Assembly: GCA_017983845.1 (NCBI GenBank)
Contig: JAGOAO010000006.1
Span: forward strand, 15,281-79,280
From: Sediminibacterium sp.
GTDB lineage: Bacteria; Bacteroidota; Bacteroidia; Chitinophagales; Chitinophagaceae
Length of the DNA stretch: 64,000 bases
Reading direction: 5' to 3'
The notes under the pieces are model-generated. The model searched no databases. It was not told the DNA's origin and was given only the letters and a program-made list of their open reading frames with translations. The position numbers were made by a program, and so were the translations under genes. Each line of letters opens with the position of its first letter. Position 1 is the stretch's first letter. Positions 39,009 to 49,458 of this stretch are shown here, in pieces.

Positions 39009-40706
39009 ATGTCTTTATTCAGAAAAAAATCAATTGAAAAAATTGTACAAGATGCAGAAGCTGGTTTAGTCGACGGACATAGTGCTAATGGATTAAAAAA
39101 AGTCTTAGGGGTTCGTGACCTCACTTTAATGGGCATTGCTGCTGTAGTAGGTGCTGGAATATTTTCAACCATTGGTACTGCTGCTTTTCATGGTGGCCCA
39201 GGAATTTCCATTCTATTTGTCATTACTGCCATTACTTGTGGATTTAGTGCACTTTGTTATGCTGAATTTGCAAGTAGAGTACCCATTGCTGGTAGTGCTT
39301 ATACTTATGCTTATGTCACATTTGGAGAATTGATTGCATGGATTATTGGTTGGGCTTTAATATTAGAATATGCCATTGGAAATATTGTGGTGGCAATCAG
39401 TTGGAGTGGGTATTTTATCAATTTGTTGGAAGGATTCCATATTCATCTTCCAGGTTGGTTGTCTACCAATTTTGAAACTGCGCAGCAAGGTTACGAAGAA
39501 GCAGTTAAACATTTAGCTGCAGGAGGCACCAAAGAAACTTTTAGTAAACTAGCAAGGATTGGCTATGACGCCATTACCAATGCACCCATGATTGGTCAAA
39601 CCAGAATCATATTGAATATCCCTGCATTTGTGATTGTGGTTTTAATTACGATGTTAGTGTACAGAGGGATTAAAGAAAGTAAAAAGAGTACCAATATCAT
39701 GGTGATTTTTAAAATTGCGATTATTTTAATGGTCATTGTACTTGGATTCTTTTATGTGGATACTGCCAACTGGGCGCCCTTTATGCCCAATGGATTTAAA
39801 GGGGTTTTGGCAGGTGTCTCTGCAGTATTCTATGCTTATATTGGTTTTGATGCAATTTCAACGACAGCAGAAGAATGTAAGAACCCACAAAGAGATATGC
39901 CACGTGGTATGATCTACTCCTTATTGATTTGTACCGTATTGTATATTTTAATTGCCTTGGTGTTAACAGGCATGGTGGATTATTCACTTTTAAAAGTGGA
40001 CGATCCTTTGGCTTTTGTATTTGAAAGAATTGGATTGCATAAAATTGGATATATCATTTCTGTGAGTGCAGTGGTGGCTACTACAAGTGTACTTTTAGTG
40101 TTTCAATTAGGGCAGCCAAGAATATGGATGAGTATGAGTCGGGATGGTTTGATGCCTAAAAAATTCTCAGAAGTACATCCTAAATATGGTACACCTGCTT
40201 TTGCAACCATCATTACAGGTATTTTTGTGGGTGTCCCTTCCTTGTTTATGTCCATTTCTAGAATGACAGACCTAACTAGTATTGGCACATTATTCGCTTT
40301 TGTATTAGTATGTTTTGGCGTCCTTGTATTACCTAGATTGTCTCCATCTGTAAAAAAACAAGCGTTTAGATTGCCTTATATCAATGGACAATATATCATA
40401 CCAGCATTGGCATTGGTTTTTATTTATTTTGGACAAAATAGAATTTTCAATGCCATCAAAGAAGCGGGAAATGAAGGATATCAAGAAATTTTATTTTTAG
40501 TATTTGTTGTCATTTTAATGGTGGTGGCTGTTTTAAGTTTTATCAAAAAATTCTCTGTGATCCCAATTATTGGCGCCATGTGTTGTCTATACTTAATGAT
40601 AGAGATTCCACCAGTGAGTTGGTTGTGGTTCTTTGTATGGATGTTAATAGGATTGGTGATTTACAGTTTGTATTCTAAAAAGCATAGTCTTTTAGCAAAA
40701 AAATAA
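39009..40706 (+). CDS. amino acid permease (APC/CAT family)
   Basis: GIAAVVGAGIF, YAEFASRVP.AGSAY, YIGFDAIST.AEE and MSRDGLMP. Confidence 0.92.
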   Translation: MSLFRKKSIEKIVQDAEAGLVDGHSANGLKKVLGVRDLTLMGIAAVVGAGIFSTIGTAAFHGGPGISILFVITAITCGFSALCYAEFASRVPIAGSAYTYAYVTFGELIAWIIGWALILEYAIGNIVVAISWSGYFINLLEGFHIHLPGWLSTNFETAQQGYEEAVKHLAAGGTKETFSKLARIGYDAITNAPMIGQTRIILNIPAFVIVVLITMLVYRGIKESKKSTNIMVIFKIAIILMVIVLGFFYVDTANWAPFMPNGFKGVLAGVSAVFYAYIGFDAISTTAEECKNPQRDMPRGMIYSLLICTVLYILIALVLTGMVDYSLLKVDDPLAFVFERIGLHKIGYIISVSAVVATTSVLLVFQLGQPRIWMSMSRDGLMPKKFSEVHPKYGTPAFATIITGIFVGVPSLFMSISRMTDLTSIGTLFAFVLVCFGVLVLPRLSPSVKKQAFRLPYINGQYIIPALALVFIYFGQNRIFNAIKEAGNEGYQEILFLVFVVILMVVAVLSFIKKFSVIPIIGAMCCLYLMIEIPPVSWLWFFVWMLIGLVIYSLYSKKHSLLAKK

Positions 40707-40709
40707 TCA

Positions 40710-41738
40710 ATGAAGTATCAGGTGGGTGATGAAATATTGGTCTTGCATAGCAATGAGGAAGGGCATATCATTGAAATCATGAACGACGAAATGGTCATGA
40801 TAGAAGTGCGTGGTGTAAAGTTTCCTGCTTATATGGATCAGATTGACTTTCCTTATTTTAAACGTTTTACAGAAAAGAAATTATTCCCAGAAAAAAAAGC
40901 ACCACAGAAAATATTTGTCGACCAGATACCCAAAGAGAAGATTCAAAAAAATGACAGCAAGGAAGACGCAGGAGTTTGGTTGAATTTAATTCCTAAATTT
41001 AACTTGGATGATTTTAATGACGAAGTGGTAGACACACTTAAGATTTACTTATCCAATAAAACACGTATCGCATACAATTTTGTATACGAACAAATTGCTC
41101 AAGGGGAAATTGATTTTTCAATTTCATCTACCATCGCCCCATTTACCGATTTCTACATTCACGATATACCCTTTGCAGTAGTCAATGATAGCCCGCAATT
41201 TGCTTTTGATTTTTCTTTAGTGGAGCAGCACAAAAAAAAGGCAGATCATTTTGAAGCAACTGTGAAGATTAAACCCAAGCAAATTTTCCAGAAAATAGAA
41301 GCTTTAAAGGAAGACAATAAAGTCACTTTAGATTACGAACTTTTTAAGACCTATCCAGATAAAGTAGAGGATAACCATATTGCCATTGACATTTTAAGAA
41401 ATGCAGGCTATAAAGTATACGACGCCTCTAAGATAAAAGAGCATATCCCTAAAGCTAGATCGGTGGTAGACCTGCACATAGAAAAAATCATGGATCGACA
41501 TAGTCATTTGACGAATGCAGAAATCATTCATTTTCAATTAACCGAATTTGAAAAGTGGTTTGAATTGGCACAATTGAATCATTTGCCTTCTTTGATCATC
41601 ATACATGGTGTGGGAACAGGGAAGCTTAAAAATGAGATTCATGATTTATTAAAAGTGAAGAAAGGGGTCAAAAGCTTTATCAATCAATACTCCGATTTTT
41701 ACGGTTATGGTGCAACCGAAGTCTTTTTCCAGTATTAA
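40710..41738 (+). CDS. Smr/MutS2-domain protein (DUF2027-type)
   Basis: C-terminal VDLHIEK...IIIHGVGTGKLK...GYGATEV Smr domain. Confidence 0.85.
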   Translation: MKYQVGDEILVLHSNEEGHIIEIMNDEMVMIEVRGVKFPAYMDQIDFPYFKRFTEKKLFPEKKAPQKIFVDQIPKEKIQKNDSKEDAGVWLNLIPKFNLDDFNDEVVDTLKIYLSNKTRIAYNFVYEQIAQGEIDFSISSTIAPFTDFYIHDIPFAVVNDSPQFAFDFSLVEQHKKKADHFEATVKIKPKQIFQKIEALKEDNKVTLDYELFKTYPDKVEDNHIAIDILRNAGYKVYDASKIKEHIPKARSVVDLHIEKIMDRHSHLTNAEIIHFQLTEFEKWFELAQLNHLPSLIIIHGVGTGKLKNEIHDLLKVKKGVKSFINQYSDFYGYGATEVFFQY

Positions 41739-41771
41739 GCACATCCACTTTATTTTACTACCTTTGACCTG

Positions 41772-42112
41772 ACTACAATCCCGAGCTATCGTGGTAAGCA
41801 ATTGCCAAGGAAAGTCCGGACAGCATAGGGTAACCCACCGGTCAATAGCCGGCATCCCAGCAATGGGGTAGAGAAAGTGCCACAGAAAATAACTACCTCG
41901 CAAGAGGAAAAGGTGAAAACGTGAGGTAAGAGCTCACGAATAAGACAAGTAATTGTTTTATAGGGTAAACCTTGGGTGCTGTAATGCCATGTAAAGGAAC
42001 GTTTGAGGGCGACTCGTCCGAGTTCCAGGGTAGGCAGCAAGACTTTAGCAGTAATGTTAAGGCTAGATAAATGATAGTTTAGAAACAGAATCCGGCTTAT
42101 GAGGTTTGTAGT
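41772..42112 (+). ncRNA. rnpB: RNase P RNA (bacterial type A)
   Basis: AAGGAAAGTCCGG, GAAAGTGCCACAGAAA, GGTAAAC and ACAGAATCCGGCTTA conserved blocks; terminal pairing ACTACAA/TTGTAGT; -7 box TACCTTTG at 41759-41766. Confidence 0.95.
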
Positions 42113-42147
42113 TACTTTTTTTTAATTGAACTTAAATTTGAATTCAT

Positions 42148-43237
42148 ATGACGATTGAACAGATTAAGCGTATGAAGGACCAAGTGAGTGTCCTGAGGAG
42201 GTTTCTTTGACGTCGATAACCGTTTATATAAGATAGATCTAGACAAACAACTTTCCTTGTCTCCTGGTTTTTGGGATGACAACAAGCGTGCGACTGCCAC
42301 GATGAAGGAAATTAAATTAAATGAATATTGGACCAAGCTTTTTCAAGAGGTTGAAACAAGTGTAGAAGATTTTGTTGTGCTATTTGAATTCTGGAAAGCA
42401 GGTGATGCCACTGAAGTAGAAACAAAAGAAGCTTACGATAAAGCAATCATTGCGATAGAAGAGGCAGAGTTTAAAAGCACTTTAAATATGCCCGAGGACG
42501 AGCTTCCTGCCATATTGCAAATCAATCCAGGCGCAGGTGGAACAGAGAGTCAGGATTGGGCCGAAATGCTATTAAGAATGTACACCATGTATGGTGAGAA
42601 GCAAGGATGGACTGTCAGCTCCTTAGATTATCAAGAAGGTGATGGCGCAGGCATTAAATCTGCAACCATACAATTTGATGGCCCTTTTGCTTATGGCTTT
42701 TTAAAAGCAGAATCTGGGGTACATCGTTTAGTGCGTATTTCTCCATTTGATAGTAATGCAAGAAGACATACCAGTTTTGCTTCGGTGTATGTGTATCCTT
42801 TAATTGATGACACCATTGAAATTACAGTGAACCCTGCCGATATTGAATGGGAATTTTACAGAAGTGGCGGCAAGGGAGGGCAAAATGTCAATAAGGTAGA
42901 AACTGCGGTTCGTTTAAAACATGCTTCTGGAATCATTGTTGAATGCCAGCAATCAAGAACACAGGGTGAAAATAGAGAGATTGCCATGAAGATGTTGAAG
43001 AGTAGATTGTATGAGGAAGAAATGCGTAAAAAGCAGGAAGCACTCAATGCATCTAATGCCAATAAGAAAAAAATAGAATGGGGTAGTCAAATACGTTCTT
43101 ATGTTTTTCATCCCTATAAAATGATTAAAGACCATCGTACGGATTTTGAAGTGGGTAATGTTGGCCCAGTCATGGATGGAGAAATTGATGGGTTTATCAA
43201 AGCTTATTTGATGCTAGAAAAATCCGAATCAGAATAA
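42148..43237 (+). CDS. prfB: peptide chain release factor 2 with programmed +1 frameshift (~362 aa)
   Basis: ATG 42148 gives MTIEQIKRMKDQVSVLRRFL, then CTT-TGA-C (42205-42211) preceded by AGGAGG (42196-42201). The +1 frame continues into the 42257 ORF with the SPF and GGQ motifs. Confidence 0.96.
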
Positions 43238-43239
43238 GC

Positions 43240-44841
43240 TTAATGTAGCTTTGGAGATAAGATATCAAACTTCGTTCTTGGTTTCAAATCAATCCACCAT
43301 TTGAATTGATTCAGTTTTAAAGTTTCTTTTGGGGTATCAAACAATGGGGTCATTTTACCTGTCAATTGATTGATGAATACAATTTTCACTGGTTCGTCAT
43401 TGTTGAAATCGATGGTAATGATTTGTGCGTTGGAATGATTGACCCCAATAAATTTACCTTCATTGTCTGTAGCGAAATAAATATTTTCTGCACTACCTCT
43501 AGTCTGCATTTGGTGTATTTTTCCTTCCAAAAAGTCGACAACAATTGAGTTCCCCCTTAATTGGTTAAAGTAATCTGTACTATCCACCGGATTAATGGCC
43601 ATCGCATTATTGATCACCCTGAGTTGCTCAGGCTTTTTGTTGTTCAAATGCATGTAGATTGTATCTCCAGTAATTTGATTCTGGTTAACCCAAAGTATGG
43701 GCTGTTGATGCAAGCGTATGGTAGAGTCGGCCAATGAATAAAATAAACTATCAGTGACACCTTGCAAAGAATCTGAATAAATCTTCACATGATGGAATGC
43801 TTCAAAATATTTATTCAAACTAGAATCTTGAATTACAGTTTCTTTGGTTCTTGCTTTAGGGATGGTTCTTTTTAAATCACTTAGCCTACCACTATATAAA
43901 GTATCGGCGCTAATGTATAAAGTGTCTTTTGGTTGCTTAATCATTAACGTTGGCAACTCTGTAGCCAATAAAATATCTTTCTTGCGATTGGTTTTGATAT
44001 TGTTGGCAAGTAAGTCAAAACTCAAACTGTCTTTAGACTTGTACAATGCATTGCCTCTAAATTCTCCTAAACCTAATGAATCGTCAATAGCCATTTCATT
44101 GGCAATAAAAAAATAACTGCTATCGTCTATGGAGGAACGTTCGTATAGATATCCTTTTCTTGTACCAATATTATAATTGCCATTCTTAGTTTTAATGATT
44201 CTAGAACCACTAATAATTCTAGAAGGGCTTATAAAATTAGCCAATTGTGAATAGGTATTGTATTCTAGCGTGTCTGTAAAAATGCTATTATCAGGATCAA
44301 TTAAGGATACTTTGTTTCTAAAAATAACATCCCTTGTAATGCCGTAATAAACACCCTCTGTACTTTTTAATATTGTTTTATTGCGGACTAATTTGCCCCC
44401 TTTTTTATACACACCAATTTTAACTGCCACATCATAGTCAAGAGAATCGGTGGTTAAAGTGCCTCGACCATCGGTTAATTTTACATGTTTTCTGAGTTGC
44501 GCCTTTTTGGTGTTACCATCATACTTTAGATAGTCTGCATAAGTATGAATTGAATCAGCATCATTGATATGCACTTTCCCAAAACCCTCTAATGTATTGT
44601 TGGTTGCGTTGACAATAATACTATCTCCAAATAATAGGGTGGTTCCTTGTCTAACTTTTACATGTCCTACCAATATCAAAAAATCGAAGCTATCTTGTTT
44701 TTTGATATTGTATGATTCGGCAGATAGAAACTCAATTAATTTACCAGTATTGTTGGCAATAGCAGTTGTATCCTGACTCTTTGCATGAAAAGTCAAAAGT
44801 AAAATGCAAAACAGAACGATATAAGCGCGTGATTTAATCAT
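43240..44841 (-). CDS. OstA/LptA-like beta-jellyroll protein
   Basis: Signal peptide; repeated LxxDSxxY/LFGDSI/TLTTDSLDY strands; GNQITGDTI-like and QLRGNSI motifs. Confidence 0.75.
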   Translation of the reverse strand: MIKSRAYIVLFCILLLTFHAKSQDTTAIANNTGKLIEFLSAESYNIKKQDSFDFLILVGHVKVRQGTTLLFGDSIIVNATNNTLEGFGKVHINDADSIHTYADYLKYDGNTKKAQLRKHVKLTDGRGTLTTDSLDYDVAVKIGVYKKGGKLVRNKTILKSTEGVYYGITRDVIFRNKVSLIDPDNSIFTDTLEYNTYSQLANFISPSRIISGSRIIKTKNGNYNIGTRKGYLYERSSIDDSSYFFIANEMAIDDSLGLGEFRGNALYKSKDSLSFDLLANNIKTNRKKDILLATELPTLMIKQPKDTLYISADTLYSGRLSDLKRTIPKARTKETVIQDSSLNKYFEAFHHVKIYSDSLQGVTDSLFYSLADSTIRLHQQPILWVNQNQITGDTIYMHLNNKKPEQLRVINNAMAINPVDSTDYFNQLRGNSIVVDFLEGKIHQMQTRGSAENIYFATDNEGKFIGVNHSNAQIITIDFNNDEPVKIVFINQLTGKMTPLFDTPKETLKLNQFKWWIDLKPRTKFDILSPKLH

Positions 44842-45838
44842 GAGCCAAACTGTCCGATAAAGGTTTAGCTAGTGGAACTGACTTATCCTTCTTGCCAAAT
44901 ACCGAAAGGCTTACATAACGTTTAGGATGTACTTTAATATCATCCACCAATGTATTCACACTTTTAATCGTACTCTGTAATTGTGTGTACATATTGGGGT
45001 CATTCAACAATTTAGCTGCGGTGCCGTTGCCATTGTTTAATTTATTGATCGTAGTATTTAATGCAACCAATGCTGTTTGAATATCTTTGATTGTTTTATT
45101 TAAATCAGCATCTTTAATGGACTTGGTCGTGCTATCTAAATTGGTCAGGATATTTGAAATCTTTTGGTTGTTCTGATTCAAGTTAGCAGTAAAAGAATTG
45201 ATATTGTCTGCTGTTTTTGCAATAGAACCATTTTGTTTGTTCAACATACCTTCCACTGATTGTATAGATTTATCTAAGTTCGCTGTGGTGGTAGATAAGT
45301 TGGCTAAAATGACCTTGAAGTTTTGTCTGTTTTCGTCATCTAAGGTTTTGTTCACATTGCCCAGTACTTTTTCAAGAGAAGTAATCGTGTTCTTTATCTG
45401 TTCTCCAAGAGGGGATAAGGTATTCATAAAATCACCTAATAAACTTGCAGCTGGTGCAGTTTTAATGGTATCACCTGATAGCACCATCATTGTACTATTA
45501 CCTGGTACAATATTAATTGCATTGGTACCTAATGGGTTTTCTTGAATAGTGGCTACTGAATTTTTTGGAATCTTGTATAATTGATTCAACTTAATACAAA
45601 CAACCAATTCAGATAAATTGTCGTTCATATTTTCGATCTCAAATACTGTACCTACCTGGAACCCGTTTACAAAAACTGGATTAGAGACAATCAAACCTTT
45701 TGTGTCGGTATATTTAGCATATAAAAATGAACCAGATTTAAAGAAGGTTTTTCCTTTTAGAAAATTGAATCCTAAGATGATTAAGGTGACGGCAATGACC
45801 GTTAAAGCACCCACTTTAGTTTCATTAGATACACGCAT
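44834..45838 (-). CDS. MlaD/MCE-family protein
   Basis: MRVSNETKVG N-terminal anchor, GLIVSNPVFVNGFQVGTV, coiled-coil C-terminus and DIKVHPKRYV. Confidence 0.88.
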   Translation of the reverse strand: MRVSNETKVGALTVIAVTLIILGFNFLKGKTFFKSGSFLYAKYTDTKGLIVSNPVFVNGFQVGTVFEIENMNDNLSELVVCIKLNQLYKIPKNSVATIQENPLGTNAINIVPGNSTMMVLSGDTIKTAPAASLLGDFMNTLSPLGEQIKNTITSLEKVLGNVNKTLDDENRQNFKVILANLSTTTANLDKSIQSVEGMLNKQNGSIAKTADNINSFTANLNQNNQKISNILTNLDSTTKSIKDADLNKTIKDIQTALVALNTTINKLNNGNGTAAKLLNDPNMYTQLQSTIKSVNTLVDDIKVHPKRYVSLSVFGKKDKSVPLAKPLSDSLAHD

Positions 45839-45884
45839 AGGATTCTGTTGCTTGATTTGAATACAAATTTAACTAAAATTTAGC

Positions 45885-46823
45885 CTAATTCGCATTTGCC
45901 TTCTGTTGATTCTCTAAAGAGTTCTTATAACGTTGTAATGCCTTAGTGATAGCTTCGCAAAGCTCATTTTGGCCATTTTCACTGTTTAAATATTCCTCTT
46001 CCTCTGGATTAGAGATGAAACCTGTTTCAATTAATACTGCTGGCATAGCTACGGCTTGTAATACCCAAATGCCTGTTGGGCGTTGTTTTGCTTCTCTACT
46101 TACCCTGCCTGAAGCTTTAAATTCTTCCTCTATTGTTAAAGCTAAGCTTGCGGCTCTTTGAAAATATTGTTGAGCTAGAATGCTAGCCATCATTTTTTTG
46201 GTTGGATCAATCTCAGATTCATATTCCTTAATTTGTTTCAAGGATACTGAGTCCAACTGTTCTACCACTTCTTCCACCATTTCACTTGCTACTTCTTTTC
46301 TCGCGTCTGATTTACCCACATTGTAGATATAAGTCTCTGTACCTATAGCTGTACTTGGTAAATAGTTGGTTTTATATTTAGGAACTTGTTTTGTGACCTT
46401 TCTTTTTTTCCCTTTTTTCTTTACATAATAGGTTTTAGTGGTATATCCAACCACTTCTTTTACAACTTTTCCTCTCGCTGAATTCGTATGAATACAAACA
46501 AAAAGATCTCCCTTAGTTGCGTTGGCTATTTTAGCTTTTTCTACCACTGAATGATAAATATCGGTGGTTCTAGTCATCACCACTTCCACATCTGGCATGG
46601 CTTGTTTGATATAGTTTTCCAATTTTAAAGAAATTGCTAGAGAAACCGCAGCTTCAGTGGAATATTTACCCTTAGATCCTATGTCCGTACCGCCATGACC
46701 AGCGTCAATCACGATGCGTTTTAATGATTTTGAGGAGTTTTGAGCCTGTAGGCCTAGTCCAAGACAGCTAAAAAGGGCAATTAGACTAAAACTAAATGCT
46801 AAAATCATTCTATTTTGCTTCAT
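45885..46823 (-). CDS. N-acetylmuramoyl-L-alanine amidase (Amidase_3)
   Basis: IVIDAGHGGTD, FVCIHTNS and MPAVLIETGFISN Zn/catalytic motifs. Confidence 0.92.
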   Translation of the reverse strand: MKQNRMILAFSFSLIALFSCLGLGLQAQNSSKSLKRIVIDAGHGGTDIGSKGKYSTEAAVSLAISLKLENYIKQAMPDVEVVMTRTTDIYHSVVEKAKIANATKGDLFVCIHTNSARGKVVKEVVGYTTKTYYVKKKGKKRKVTKQVPKYKTNYLPSTAIGTETYIYNVGKSDARKEVASEMVEEVVEQLDSVSLKQIKEYESEIDPTKKMMASILAQQYFQRAASLALTIEEEFKASGRVSREAKQRPTGIWVLQAVAMPAVLIETGFISNPEEEEYLNSENGQNELCEAITKALQRYKNSLENQQKANAN

Positions 46824-46839
46824 AATCAGTTCCTTAACA

Positions 46840-49458
46840 TTGTTTTACTTTATTTTTGCAGGAGTGAACCTAGCAGGATACAAAAATAACGCAAAAACGA
46901 CCCTTTCTATTGTTAAAATGCTCATTTTAACGATATTAATTTCTGCTATTCAAACTAATTTATACGCTCAGACAGATAGTGTATCCAAAAAGAAGATCCA
47001 ACTTTCAAAGGATAGTGTGGATGCCGTCATTAGTTACAATGCATCAGATTCTGGTGTCATGCACCTCAAATCAAAGACTTTCTTTTTATACGGCAATGCC
47101 AAAACAACGTATAAAACGGCTCAATTAGAGGCTGGTAAGATCATTTTTGACCAGGAGACCCAAAATATCACTGCTTATGGGGCCAAGGATACCACAGGTA
47201 ATTTAAAAAGCAAACCAAGGTTTAAAGAAGGGGATTTAAACTCCACCAACGATTCCATATTTTATAATCTTCAGTCTGGCAAAGGATTAACAAAGAATAG
47301 CAATTTCCAACAGGGCGAGATATTTGTTCAAGCTGCCGCAATGAAAAAAGTGAATCCTACAGATGCTTTTGCATGGAAAGCAAGATTTACAACTTGTAAT
47401 TTAGATGAACCACATTTTGCTTTCAGAACAAATAAGCTCAAAATAGTCACCAATAAAATAGGCGTATCTGGCCCAGCTTTTCCTGAATTTGAAGGAGTGC
47501 CCATGCCCATTGGTATTCCTTTTGGCATTTTTCCACTCAATAAATCGGGTGGTCAGTCAGGGTTGATGGCACCTGCATTTACTTCCAGTGAGGATTTTGG
47601 TCTTGGTTTTGAAGGGATTGGCTATTATAAGGTGATTAATCAGCATATGGATGCCACTGTTCGTGCAAATATTTATTCTTACGGGGGTTGGAATGTGAAT
47701 ATGAACAGCAAGTATATTCAACGATATAAATACTTGGGTAATTTTAATTTAAGTCTACAAAAAACTAGAACCCTTAACAGAAATATTGCCATCGCAGATG
47801 AATTTACAGGGGGTAGTACCTATATGTTGAACTGGTCTCATTCAATGGATCCAAAGGCAAAACCAGGTACAAGTTTCACTGCCAATGTGAATTTTGGAAG
47901 TACCAAGTACAATCGTAATTTATTGAACAATGCGGTACAAAATTTTCAGAATCAAATTAGTTCTTCCGTCTCTTACAGTAAGTCATGGAATAATAAATAC
48001 AATTTATCCGTCAATTTAACGCATAACCAAAACAACAATCTAGGTTTGGTGAATATGAGTCTTCCTAATATTAACTTTAACGCGTTAACCATTTATCCTT
48101 TCCAATCCAAAGACCAGGTAGGTGCTGGAAAATGGTACGAAAAAATTGGGATAGGGTACAATGGGAGCATGCAAAACCAATTGTCATTTTACGATTCGGC
48201 ATTTAGCATAAGACGAATTTTAGATACCATGCAGTGGGGCGCAAATCATAGTATTCCAATCACTTTATCACTTCCTTCATTAGGCCCAATCACAGTGTCT
48301 CCAAGTATTTCGTTAGAAGAGAAATGGTTTGGGCAACAAAATATAAAAACTTGGAATAGTCAATTACAAAAAGTAGACACTACCATTAACAGAGGATTTT
48401 ATAGAGCCACTCAAATGAGTTTTGGATTAGGTACTGCAACTAGAATTTTCGGCACCTATAAATTTAAGAAAGGGAATATTAAAGCAATCCGTCACGAGAT
48501 AAGACCAACAGTGTCTATCAATTATAAGCCGGATATGGCTAAGTCTTATCATTATTCAACGCAGGTAGATACAAGCGGAAGAGTATATCGCTTTTCAAAA
48601 TACGATGGCAATGGTTTAGGTGGTGCATTTAGCGAAGGTACTTTTGGAGGAATGGGTTTTGGTGTAGATAATTTCCTAGAGATGAAAGTAAAAGATAAGG
48701 AAGACACAAGTGCAGATGCTTTTAAGAAATTTAAATTAATTGAAGGTTTTGGATTTAATTCAAGCTATAATTTCTTGGCGGATAGTTTTGCGTTGGGTGG
48801 GTTTAATTTTTATGCAAGAACTACGCTGTTTGAAAAATTAAATATCACTACCTCTTTCAATCTAGACCCTTATGAAACGGATTCAAAAGGTTTTAGAGTC
48901 AATAAATTAGCGATCGATCCTTCACGTCTAAAATTTGGTAGCATCACGAATGGAGGAGTTTCATTTTCTACTTCTTTTGCAAGTAAATCAAAAGATAAAA
49001 ATAAGGACGCAAAAAAGAATATCCCATTGGATCCATTTATGACACCAGACGAACAACAACGTCAATTATTGTATGTACGTTCTAATCCTGCTGAATTTAC
49101 AGACTTCAATACGCCTTGGTCATTGAATCTATCTTATTCATTTCAATTTTCTAAAACCATAAAACCAGATTATTCTGGGTTTAAACTACAAACTTATTCT
49201 ACTTTAAATTTGACTGGTGACTTTAGCGTATCGCCAAAATGGAAGGTAGGAGGAAGTAGTTATGTGGATCTGTCACAATTTTCTGTACAACAATTAAGCA
49301 TGTTCATTACAAGAGAAATGCATTGTTGGCAATTGGCCATTAATGTGATGCCAATCGGTATATACCGTTCATTTAGTATCACAGTGAATCCTAAATCAGG
49401 CATTTTAAGAGACCTTAAAATCAATCGAAGCAGAACCTTCTCCAATTCAACTTACTAG
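46840..49458 (+). CDS. lptD: putative LPS-assembly protein LptD
   Basis: N-terminal OstA-like region, RFTTCNLDEPHF, long beta-barrel region and MHCWQLAINVMP; the start codon is uncertain. Confidence 0.8.
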   Translation: MFYFIFAGVNLAGYKNNAKTTLSIVKMLILTILISAIQTNLYAQTDSVSKKKIQLSKDSVDAVISYNASDSGVMHLKSKTFFLYGNAKTTYKTAQLEAGKIIFDQETQNITAYGAKDTTGNLKSKPRFKEGDLNSTNDSIFYNLQSGKGLTKNSNFQQGEIFVQAAAMKKVNPTDAFAWKARFTTCNLDEPHFAFRTNKLKIVTNKIGVSGPAFPEFEGVPMPIGIPFGIFPLNKSGGQSGLMAPAFTSSEDFGLGFEGIGYYKVINQHMDATVRANIYSYGGWNVNMNSKYIQRYKYLGNFNLSLQKTRTLNRNIAIADEFTGGSTYMLNWSHSMDPKAKPGTSFTANVNFGSTKYNRNLLNNAVQNFQNQISSSVSYSKSWNNKYNLSVNLTHNQNNNLGLVNMSLPNINFNALTIYPFQSKDQVGAGKWYEKIGIGYNGSMQNQLSFYDSAFSIRRILDTMQWGANHSIPITLSLPSLGPITVSPSISLEEKWFGQQNIKTWNSQLQKVDTTINRGFYRATQMSFGLGTATRIFGTYKFKKGNIKAIRHEIRPTVSINYKPDMAKSYHYSTQVDTSGRVYRFSKYDGNGLGGAFSEGTFGGMGFGVDNFLEMKVKDKEDTSADAFKKFKLIEGFGFNSSYNFLADSFALGGFNFYARTTLFEKLNITTSFNLDPYETDSKGFRVNKLAIDPSRLKFGSITNGGVSFSTSFASKSKDKNKDAKKNIPLDPFMTPDEQQRQLLYVRSNPAEFTDFNTPWSLNLSYSFQFSKTIKPDYSGFKLQTYSTLNLTGDFSVSPKWKVGGSSYVDLSQFSVQQLSMFITREMHCWQLAINVMPIGIYRSFSITVNPKSGILRDLKINRSRTFSNSTY

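Noticed and set aside
41649-42040. Two 84 aa minus-strand ORFs
   Set aside because: They are antisense to the RNase P RNA gene.
42112-42336. 74 aa minus-strand ORF
   Set aside because: It is antisense to the true first exon and frameshift site of prfB.
46400-46422. Phase-variable homopolymer tracts in the amidase
   Set aside because: The T runs simply encode the poly-Lys insert and the frame is intact.
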